Shown: in pieces, positions 53,141 through 64,000 of the stretch | How positions within the stretch are numbered: position 1 is the stretch's first letter | Layout: every line of letters begins with the position of its first letter | DNA from: Octopus sinensis | Taxonomy: Eukaryota | DNA length: 64,000 nt | Assembly: GCF_006345805.1 (NCBI RefSeq) | Contig: NC_042998.1 | Location: 75,702,001 to 75,766,000, forward strand | Reading direction: 5' to 3' | Notes under the pieces: generated by a model | Database searches by the model: none | What the model was told of the DNA's origin: nothing | The model's input: only the letters and a program-made list of their open reading frames with translations | Program-made: the position numbers and the translations under genes

Positions 53141-55332
53141 AACTAGTCGAAATGTCTCTCCACACCAAACAATAGCATGAAACTAGAATATTTCATGTCT
53201 ATGCTAGAAATATGTCCCAGAGCACAAGGCCAACACAAAAAGGAACAAGATTCCAATGGAGAGGAAGATCCTCATGAGACGACGGACGAAGGTTGCAAAT
53301 CACTTCGACCAACATCCCAAAAGTAGTGAAAGGTCTCGCCTAAAAACAACACAGATGGAGATTGAAAAAAGCTTGCAAAATACTTGTGGAGAGGGCAAAC
53401 AAAGACGCCTGGGTTATAAAAAAACATCAAGTCAAATCCAACAGCCTTCTTTCATTATGTCAAAGGAATAAGCTCAGTACGCTGCAAAACAGGACCTCTC
53501 TTCCAGAAGGATAGCTCCCTCACAGATAACCCAACCAGGATCAGTGAGTTACTGAATGACCAGTTCAAAAGTGTCTTTACCACCCTGTTGGAACACAGAC
53601 AAGTGAACGAACCAGTGCATTTCGTTGCCACCTCATCTATAACCAGCGAGGCAGTTGCGATGGATTATATCTACATTGGTGAAGAATATGCAATACTATC
53701 CATAGAAGAAGTGAACGCAAACTCAACTGCTTGCCCTGATGGTTTCCCAGCGATCCTCCTCAAATCGTGTAAATGTGCCCGGGCGAAAGCACTAGATATT
53801 CTCTTCCAGAGTTTTCTTACAAGCTGCCAAACAAACTGAAGGAGGGAATAATATACTCAATCCATAAAGGAGGAAGAAGAGCAGATGCCAAAAGTTATAA
53901 GCCTATATCTCTGACGTCACCCATCAGTAAAGTCATGGAACGAATAGTCAAAGGGAAATTAATTGCATTCCTTGAAGAAAACGATTTGCTTTTACTTGGT
54001 TTTCGACCAAGTAAAAGCTGCCTGACCCAGCTCCTACAGCACTATGACTGGGTGTTTAGGCAGTTACTCGACCAGTTACTGGGTGTTTAGCCACAACTTT
54101 GAACTCAAATGTTGACGTAATGTGCCTTGACTCTGCAAAAGCTTTTGATAAATTTGATCATAATATGATATGCGGCAAACTGTGTGACCATGGTACAACT
54201 GGAAAACTTAGAGAGTCGTTACATGACTTTCTGAAAGATAGAAGTCAGTCAGGGGTGGCCACCTCAAAGAAAACACAAATAGTGAGTGGTGTTTCACAGG
54301 ACACTCTCTTGGGACCACTGCTTTTCATAGTAGCCCTCTCAGATATACCCTCAGCTGCCCGGATAGCCACCCTTGCTTGCTAACCAGATGATACGAAAGT
54401 CTCGCAGAAAATACAAAACCCTAGCGATGTTGCACTCCTACAGCAAGTGTTGGACGCAATTTACAGATGGAATGAGGACAATAATATGCATTTTAATGCT
54501 GGAAAATTCCAAGCCCTGCGCTACCAGCGCCTAAAACTGAATGAAAAGCTTACAGGGTACACTGGTCCAGGGAAGATTACAATCTCAGAACCTAAATCAG
54601 TGCGTGACTTGAGTATCGACATGAGTGATGCTACTTCTTTCCAAGTGCGCATTACCAAGATGGTGACAAAGTGCAGACTGCTGGCTGACTGAATCCTGAG
54701 AACCTTCAGAACCAGAGAGAAGGAAGCCATGATGGTCCTCTGGAGGACATTCATCCTCAACCGCCTTGACTACTGCTCTCAACTTTGGTCACCCCACAGT
54801 GACCTTAAAGCAATCCAGGGAAGCTTCCCAAAGAAGATTGTCTCATTGCAACTACTACTGGTAAAGGCTGAAACAGCTAAGACTCTACACTTTGGAGCGA
54901 AGGCGAGAGAGATATGCAGTAATATATATCTAGAAGATCCTGGAAGGGATTGTACCAAGTTTTGGCATTGAAAGATACACAAATGCCAGAACGGGTCACC
55001 ACTGCACAATGCCAAAGATCCCAACAATGCCGTCACGCTTCAGGACCAGTTACTGCAACAGCCCGGGTTTCAAGGGCCCACAACATCTTTTTAATATTCT
55101 CTCAAAGATCCTAAGGGACTTAAATAAAGTGGATGTAGGTGTTTTCAAAACAAAACTGGAACTTTTCCTGTTGGGAGTCCCAGATGAACCTACCGCGCAG
55201 GAGGAAGCGCAAATAATGGCAGCGACATCAAACTCCTTTATTCACCAAATGCTACATAGAGGAGGCTCTCAATAATAACAGTGTAGCAAAACGGAGGTGC
55301 CCTAGCATGGCCACAACTTTGAACTGAAACTG
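53141..55332 (+). mobile_element. 5'-truncated CR1/L2-group LINE with RT and 3' tail, decayed
   Basis: ACPDGFPAILLK, YKPISLTSPISKVMERIV, GFRPSKSCLTQLL, LDSAKAFDKFDH, SGVSQDTLLGPLLF, *PDD, RLDYCSQLWSP, VPDEP. Tail at 55293-55330. Confidence 0.93.
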
Positions 55333-58300
55333 AATTTTTAAAAATATGCGTGTGTGTATACACAGTAAATATATATATATATAGTAAATATATATATATA
55401 TATATAAACGTATAGATATATAACATTAAGTGGCATGAGATAACTTACCTTTATTGTTTAGAATAAAAGGTCACCAACCATACTTAGTGTTAAAATTACT
55501 ATAATCTTTTTTATCTTTTAGAATGATTAATGATCAACGAACTTATCAGCATACTTTATATTCTTGTTCTTTGTAAAAATTAATATATTGATTTTTGGGG
55601 GAAAATATATATAACAGGAAATTTAAATTCCTCTTTAGACAGTCGGTCCGATCATCAGTTTGAAAGAGATCAATACAATTTTAATCATTTGATCTCAATG
55701 TTTTTCTTGAAAGCAAAAGTGAATAAAGCAGTATCGCAATGGTGTTTATATGCCGTATAGTCTGATATTAACATTGAATTAATGTCAACAAGGCAAATTT
55801 AACTCATCATATTCAATATTTACATAGGTTATTTGTAATGTGAAAAACAAATTTTCTTCTTTTTTTGTGTCCAGATATTATGAGCACTTTCTTATACCTA
55901 ATCAATGTTCGCTTAAAAAACATACACTGCCACACGGTGTTAGCTAGCAAATTATAATGGCGTATTTGTATAGTTTGCGTCTTATTTTAATTTCGTATCC
56001 TGACATTATTTATTACATCATAAGGTTATTAGTTAAAAGGGCACTCAGATTTAGCTATCACACACCCTACAAATACACGGTGCATAAAATGTTTGATGAT
56101 TGCAAAAACACATATCACTAATGGCCAAGACTTCCGCACAAATATTTAGTTCCTTTTCAAACCGATCGAAATTTTCCTGGAGCTGTGAATGACGCGCCAA
56201 TATAAAACTTTGTCAATGTGAGTATTGTACTCAATATAAACAAAGGTGTTGAAAATCTAGTTTCTTATTCTTCATTTAAGTGTGGGCCATTGTTTGTGGA
56301 CCCATACTGATAGTTGAGAAGGGAAAAGTGATTCCAGTAGTTTCATTATTTCTATAAAATGTGCTTTACATAATTAATATTCTCTGTAATATTTATAGAA
56401 CAGTAATGAAAAAAAATAGAAATTTTCTCTTTACAAGGATAGTTCGCCAAATTACATGATTCTTAGAGTAGATATTAAAAGTTTTTGGTAATGTGTTGTC
56501 TTAGAATTGCTCTACGGTGGAAACCAGCTAGTCTTAATGGTTCGCTACTCTTCAAAGTAAGATGATCTTGTGAATATTGCTTTTTCGATTCATTGATCTA
56601 ATTAAATGGAAAAGATATATTTTTGCTTATGGTGATAGTCAAAACTTATATTACCAAACAAAACTCTTTATGTACTTTTTAGAAGCAAGAATAAAATGCT
56701 CATGCTCCCTATAATACCCCACTCACACTCACAAACACATTGAATTATTAGATACACCGTTGAGGAGTATTCTACCGTTGCAGCAATATTTTTATCTTGC
56801 TAACATAGTTATCATCTAAATCAATGTATATTAGCCAGCCATCTATTTAATCTTTCGGTTTCGTTTCTCTGAGAACACCGTTAATTCTTGTCATTTTCTC
56901 TCAATCCATTACTTAAAAGTATTTAATCTAAGCATTTATTGCAATTATGTTCCTAATTATTTCCCTCCCTTAGACTTGGAGGACCTAAAAGCTACAGACA
57001 CTGTTTTCTCACTTGTAATAAACCTATTATAATGAGCTAAGAAATAACCCCTTTGGCCAGCAAGAAATAACAAACATCCTCAAAATTAAAAAAAAATTGT
57101 ACACATACAATTCAGTTTGAAATATGCTCAAAAACAAGATGACCACAACTTCGTCGTCAACCAGTAATAACATTTTGCTATTATTTTAGAGTGTCACAAT
57201 AACAATATTTTGTAATTATTTCCGTGATACGATCGATTATTTAGAGGTGTATTGATCTATCAATATATAGATATCAGGTCGGCATTATTACAATCATATA
57301 GCAATGTAGCAACAGTGATCATATGAGTTTAAGTGTATTTATAAGAATGTTTTTATATTTACAAAAAAAAAAAACGAAAGGAAATATTTAAGTGAACCGA
57401 GAGCATAAACTTAAATAATTATTATACGTTGCGATGCACTGAATGACGTATGCAAAGCAAATACTATATCGTGGGTTAAATGCTGCAGGTTCAGATTTTT
57501 TCAATCAATGATATCACTGAAGTAAATATGTAAAGAGTAGTGTATATATATGTATGTATACATGCATATACTTATGCCAGTGCGCATGAATGTAAGCAAA
57601 TGAGCATTATTCTCCATAATTCTTAGAACTTCCCCAGATGAATTTGTTGATAAGAAATCTTAGAAGATAGAATTTTAAGATTGGACGTGTTTCTGTGATA
57701 TTTCAGACATGGAATTTATGTTTAATAATGTGACGTGAAATTGAGTTCATTTTTGTCACTTCTTTCATTTTTGTTACTCTAAAAAAATTTATTATCATTT
57801 TGACCAAAGGGGATTTGAGCAAATTATTTTTATATTAAGAACATTTCTATTAATCAAACATCAACAGTTTTGAACTAATGTGAATATTTAATCACTTGAA
57901 ATATAATTTCCTAATAAGAATCAATTTCTTGCGTCTTGTTCACTTTTTGCGTTTTGTAGGAAATTAATTGGATCATTTTTTTCTTAATACTAAATGTCAG
58001 AAGCAAATGTTAACAGTGCTTTCATAATAATGTTTGTTTTCCTTTTTTATTGATTCTCACTCGGTGTTTGGCGTCTATAAAAACTATTTACGAAAATAAT
58101 TCTGAATCCAATTATAGACCGATTTCTATCTGCGAGAGAATTCAAGAACTGTCAAACTTCCCTTAATTTAGATCAAAGTTGTAATTTTTATTTTTCAATT
58201 GAAATTGTTTTTAAGTTTCATTCACCATTAGACATTGGTAGTGCTGTATTTAATAATGTTTAAGATATAATCTACAGAAAATGTGTATGCGTTCATCTAG

Positions 58301-59333
58301 CTACTGTTAATATTAAGTTTTCATTCGATTATAGTTTTATCTAAACTATAATCTAAATAATGATCATATTAATTTCATAGATTTTACCATAAAATTTATG
58401 TAGAATGTCCGGTATAATCGAATGTTAAAATTAAGTAAATGTTCTCTTTTAATATAGTAAGTCTAATTCACATTTTTCTGTTTTCAGCTAAGAAATCTAA
58501 GTGCAGCAACCAAGAAAATAATATAAACTCAGATAGTTAGGATAATAATAGTCTAGATGAAGCTTATATTATTATGTAAGAACATTACACTTTTAGAATC
58601 TTTAGATTCTGTACATTCTCCTCGGCGCAATTTTGCAGTCAGTTTCATGAGGTGGTTTTATACTAAACTATTTGAAAGGCATAGTAAGAAAAGGATATCA
58701 ATCAGTAAAGCGTATTCAGTATTTTAAATCTAGAAAACAATAGAATGAGAGAAATATTAGAACACTGACTAAAAATACCTTATGGCATTCAGTTACTTCG
58801 CTTGACGTTCTGAGGTCAAATGACTCTGCAGTTATTCATTTCCTGTCGCCTTTAAATTAAACAACGGCCATGTACTGGACTTAAACCATTCGCACAAATC
58901 ACTCTTTTACAATTCGTAACCTTGTACCATTCGTTGAGATAGAAATAATATAAAACTTTCATGGTTTGGTGTCTAAAACTCGTATGCCACTAGTAATCAG
59001 AAAAAGTCTTCTAATCTATATTTATTCTCCAGAACCTAAAACATCAGATTGGTAAATTGCTAAAGCTTTTTACATCTGCAAGAAAACACTCATTCTTTTA
59101 TATTTGATCTTATGATTAAATCTCTAAGGTTATTTATTGTTATTGAATAAAACTTACAACTCCTTAAGAATAGTCTTTAGAAATGTACTCACTCCAAAAT
59201 ATTCTTAAAAGGCTTTTGTTTCTTGTTTAATAATTCCTTCAAATGCCAACACACTAAAGTTACTCATGCACATCTTACCTTGTGTAACAGCTTAGTAGCA
59301 AAACAAGTAATGTTTCAGAGTATAGAATCTATA

Positions 59334-59673
59334 TCGTCAGGTACTCGAGGATTGAGATAATAACAAGTGTTTCGCTATTGAACTGAAGAGTTATGCGTTT
59401 GTTTTCAATTCCCAACAATTCCACTCCACTTATTCCACCAAAGATGATGATGCTTTATGAACATTACGACCATCATTTCCCTTCTCCACTATTTTTTAAA
59501 ATAATATTCTGATTACATTCTGCTAAGTTATGATAGTAAATAAAATAAAATAAAATCACTAAACTAAACAATTTAATATGAAGAAAGTTCTTTACAAATA
59601 TTTTTCATTTCATGAAATATAAATAATTTTTTTAAATACTTATGAAATTCATGTATTTATAAATTTGGTGTAT
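59334..59673 (+). repeat. Direct duplication, copy 1 (may extend further; partner runs off the window)
   Basis: Aligns to 63668-64000 at roughly 95% by eye. Confidence 0.95.
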
Positions 59674-60811
59674 TCATTATTCTGTATTACACAATTCTCA
59701 TTCCTTGAGCACTTAGCTTTTACTATATATGTATTTTTACAAGACTTTCAGTACACCTCACAAAGAAAATAGTATTTCAGCTTAAAGTGACTTATATTGC
59801 AGTTTATATTCATAATAGTAATATTTAGATTTTCATTTTATTGGAGTTTTTTTCCATCTACGTGAAAAGCGTTTTATAAACAAATTTGGAAAGTAAACAT
59901 TATATTAAAACAGATAGAATACAAAATATTTTCAACTCTATTTTCACAATATAAAGATAAATAGATGTTTCAATATATTTTGTAAGTCACTAAAATGGCT
60001 GATACGTCAAATTTAGTTCGAAACTTATTTCTATTAGATATATTATCACTTTATATTTAATAAAAATATAAGAAAAATATTTTATATAGGAAGATTGAGT
60101 ATTTTTTTCATTGGAACTTCCCATTCTTGTCATTGGTCAAATTCTTATACATGCTTGTTGGTTGAAATATGTATAAAACAACTAATTTAGCGTTATTATA
60201 ACTCTGATATTTGTAAAGATTGCTATAATACATTAAGAGATGATCATCAGCAGGAAAAGAAACCCCTTAAGTGGACAATAATAAATTTAAATCTATTTAT
60301 AACATAAGTCTAGACAGAAATATGATATGCAAATATTCAAAAGAAACATCTAAAGATGAGAATACTTCAAATCTTGTGATGTATATGAGAAAGTTTTGCC
60401 TATGCTGAGTTAAACTACCGAAATCTCTAAAAAGAAATGTATGCCCAGTTTTCATCCGATTTTAGAGATTTCATCTGAACACCTTTGCTTTAAAATAAAT
60501 TAAAAGTCGAGTACGTTTCGGAGCTACATATTTTTCACAAAAGCAATTTTAAGGAATAGCAAACAAAATTCAAATGATGGGGTGCTCAAAATTAAAAGCA
60601 GATTCAAATTTATAACAAAATTGGTTTTGATTGAGACTGAGGGATCTACTGAGCACATTATTCAAACAGCTGTGATAATTTTCCATTCAATTGTTAAGTA
60701 GTGAAAGATGAAAAATTACATTTTATGAAAATAATGTTAAGCTGGTAACTTACAATTTCAGAAGTTTTCTATAATAAAAGCCATGTTGTTTTATTATTGT
60801 AAAGAGATTGA

Positions 60812-61000
60812 GTGGGCGAGCTGGCAGAACTGTTAGCATGCAGGACAAAATGCTTAGCAATATTTCGTCTGTCTTTACGTTTCCGCCGAGGTTTGCTTTG
60901 CTTCAAGTTCGATAAAATAAGCAAGCACTAGGGCTGATGCAATCGACTTCCTTCTCCACTCATAAACCGCTGACTGACCCTATGCCAAAATTTGTAACCA
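60812..61000 (+). mobile_element. Degenerate monomeric SINE family A
   Basis: ggcgagctggcagaactgttagcatg...aaatgcttagc...ccgccgagg...gccaaaatttg. Confidence 0.82.
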
Positions 61001-61376
61001 TTATTGTGAAATGATTCAAATTCTAAGAAATATCAATTAATTAGTAAGAGATGCTGAGTAGGTAAAGAGAGTAATTGAAAATTAGAGAAGGCCAATGCTT
61101 GTCAGTAAAGCAATGGAATCGCTTGATTTTTTCTGTTGAGGAAGAAAAGCAGAGGAGAGTAAACCATCGATAGAGTTCAATGGAAAGACTTTGACAAACC
61201 CACAAATTGATTGACTAAATCACTGACCAAACACGTGGTTAGTTAAACAATTAAGTAGTTAATTATTTGATTGTTACTAATAAACAATAGTGAAATACAA
61301 TGTGTATGTTTATATTGGCAAAATGACTCTCCACCATAACATATATATGACTCTCTACTACAATACATACATATAT

Positions 61377-61620
61377 GACTTTGACGGACCAGTCCGTCAG
61401 GCGTCCATTTGACACCGCTGGTCACAGCACGCTGTCCACTCCTCCCTGGATCGCGCCTTTCTCATCCACGTGATCCCAATCGTCCTCTTGAAATCGTCAC
61501 TCCACCGTCGTGGAGGTCTTCCGGGTGGTCTTTTCCGCTCACGCGGATACCACTCAACAACTGCGTGCGTCCACCGATTATCGGTGAGCCGGGCGACGTG
61601 TCCAGCCCATCTATACTTGC
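61377..61620 (-). mobile_element. RTE-clade LINE extreme 3' fragment with 13-bp TSD
   Basis: KYRWAGHVARLTDNRWT...WYPRERKRPPGRPPRRWSDD...W...A.SREEW. tacatacatatat at 61364 and 61621. Confidence 0.92.
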
Positions 61621-61669
<49 letters not shown>

Positions 61670-63667
61670 AGAGAGTGTGGGTAAAGAAAGGTGGAACACA
61701 CAATTTGGGGGAATAAAGTATATTTATATTTCCAAAGCTCTGCTTTCACTGACACCACAAAATTTAGCTTTCGTAGTTTAGTTTAAAATATTTCCTATTT
61801 AGTCTCCGAAGCAAATTCATCTCCATAGCTTATCATATAATAGCCTATTGTTATTTTTATCACTCAATTATTAGGTAATGATAAAAATGATTTTGTATAT
61901 TCATATATTTTCCCATATTCTTAAAAGGTATTTGGAAATATCTAAATGTTCATGACTATATTATTAAATAAAATTCATAGTATAAGATGAAGTTTTTGGT
62001 GTGCTTCATTTGAAGAATAAATTAGTTTAATATTGTTATTCAGAGTACAAAAAAAGAAGACAAATTTGAGTATTGTACAATAGTTGTTTAAAAGTTTCTG
62101 CTTTTAAATGCATTTATATGAAATGCACTCTGTTTTGAAATACAGAGACATTTCTATATGATTTCAAGCATTGAAGACGAAAATTAAAATGTTTGTAGAA
62201 TGCCTTCTTCATTTCGATTCAGTCATAAAATTATGCACAATTATTCCAATAAAATATAGTTACTTTATGTTCATTATTCAACCAAGTCGCTCAACTGTGA
62301 ATAGAGAAAGAGGTGACGTCTGCAAGTTCTCTCTTTATTCCACTGCAATGATTGTTAATTGAGGGCTCCTGACATGAATAAATAACAATTAATTTAGTCA
62401 CGTATGAAAGAATATTTCTGCGAAATAATATGGGATTTCTTTCTTTTTACCTAATTGAAATAAATTAAATTCATTTAATAGACTTCATATTTAGCGTCAT
62501 AACAAAAGTTATATTCACAAGAGCTGCAACCATAATTATAACCAAGTGAATTCTGTTTCAATTCTTTAAACTAATCACTTTTATATATGAGGTTAATAGA
62601 ACGATAACAATGTGTATATGCGTGCACATGTGTGAAATGATTCCTCGTGATTGTGAATTTAGCTCTCCTAGAATCAATTCCACTGTTATACTGCTTTTTC
62701 CCAACATACCCAACACTCTCAGTTCCTCTTCTGCACCGCTGATGTCGACGACACATTCAGACTCATACTTAAAATTTATCACTACAAATTTCATATAATT
62801 ACGGAGATGTACTTGCATAGCGAGTGACTTGATCTGAGATCGTGTTGCTGGAACGAAAACAATTGCAGCATGGAAGGTGTTTATAAGCCATTTAAGAAAC
62901 ACACAAAACCGTTAGATTCACTTTTCAAAATAGCTCTTCATTCTTATTTACGAAAGATTTATGTAGATTGGTCTCAGCAACAATTGTTTTACTCTTCATT
63001 TCATTAACTAAGTCAATAATACAATTAATATGAATTAATGTATTTGCTTTAATCAAATTCTGCAACAGTCACACTGCAACAAACGATAGATATTTTTATA
63101 AAACAGAGAAGAAAGGAGGATAAGCATGATTATTGTAGCTTTCAATCTCGCTTGAATATCTGCTGTTTTTCGATGTCATTAGATGAAGCCAAAAAGTAGT
63201 TGAGGCGAGGATTCTAGAAGTCTGGAGATTTTTTTGGTTGTTGGGAGGTCTAATTTAATGCCTACGATGACAGTCATACTAAAGTTAATGCGAGCAGAAA
63301 ATGTAAAGAGGACGAAAATTTCTTGTGGAGGAGGGATATGCAGCTGACTAGTTCAAAAGAGCAAGGCTTATTTTAGTAATAACAGAAGGTACGAAGCGAA
63401 GAAACAGCGTGTGTTATTAACAATTAGAATTACAATTCTGTGTCAGTAATATGTGTAAAATGGAGCGTTTGTGCTGTTAAAAAAAATATATAGTTACCCT
63501 GGAACGATTTTTCTTCACGTCTTCCTTTATACAGTTACTAAGGTATCTAGTTGGTATATTGATAAAGATTTTTTGCTAGAGTTTTGAAAGCATAAAGTGA
63601 AGTTTCATCAGTGTTTGTGAAATTAGAAGTGACAGAAAGCTAATCATCAATGTACACCAATGTACCC

Positions 63668-64000
63668 TCGTCAGGTACTCAAGGATTGAGACAATAACAA
63701 GTGTTTTGCTACTGAACTGAAGAGTTATGCGTTTGTTTTTAATTCCCAATAACAATTCCACTCCACTTATTCCACCAAAAATGATGATGCTTTATGAACA
63801 TTACGACCATCACTTCCCTTCTCCACTATTTTTTTAAATAACATTCTGATTACATTCTGCTAAGTTATGATAGTAAATAAAATAAAATAAAATCACTAAA
63901 CTAAACAATTTAATATGAAGAAAGTTCTTTACAAATATTTTTCATTTCATAATTTTTTTTAAATACTTATGAAATTTATGTATTTATAAATTTGGTGTAT
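63668..64000 (+). repeat. Direct duplication, copy 2
   Basis: Aligns to 59334-59673; offset 4334 bp. Confidence 0.95.

Noticed and set aside
58770-58935. Possible very old SINE A copy
   Set aside because: Only scattered short matches (gacgttctgaggtcaaat, ccttgtacc); too decayed to call.
60240-60420. C2H2 zinc-finger-like remnants (KSCDVYEKVL; also SLKKHTLPH at ~55910)
   Set aside because: No complete Cys2His2 spacing or TGEKP linkers; compatible with chance.
59334-64000. Direct repeats as LTRs of an LTR retrotransposon
   Set aside because: No TG...CA termini, primer-binding site, polypurine tract or gag/pol remnants between them.

Overview
AT-rich, microsatellite-dense eukaryotic intergenic or intronic DNA. 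The SINE families and repeat style suggest a cephalopod, probably Octopus (inference from recall, not a search). I find no intact protein-coding gene; nearly all ORFs in the track are microsatellite read-through or decayed transposon frames. The window is a mosaic of decayed mobile elements: R4/Dong-type, RTE-type and CR1/L2-type LINE relics, at least four Penelope-like element (PLE) coding relics, a full-length dead mariner, Tc1-family fragments, a non-autonomous Helitron and tRNA-derived SINEs. The main hidden signal is a set of type I hammerhead ribozyme motifs. One has an intact core inside a 375-bp inverted-repeat cassette (45230-45340, - strand). Two lie in a tandem ~340-bp repeat (10.8 and 11.15 kb), one lies at a PLE 3' end (25.2 kb), and two carry a CCGA core variant (43.5 and 43.7 kb). 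Other notable items are a TSD-flanked retroposed insert whose terminal ORF has no RT motifs, a 239-bp inverted duplication bracketing a PLE, and SINE-LINE shared 3' tails. All alignments and folds were done by eye; no searches were run.
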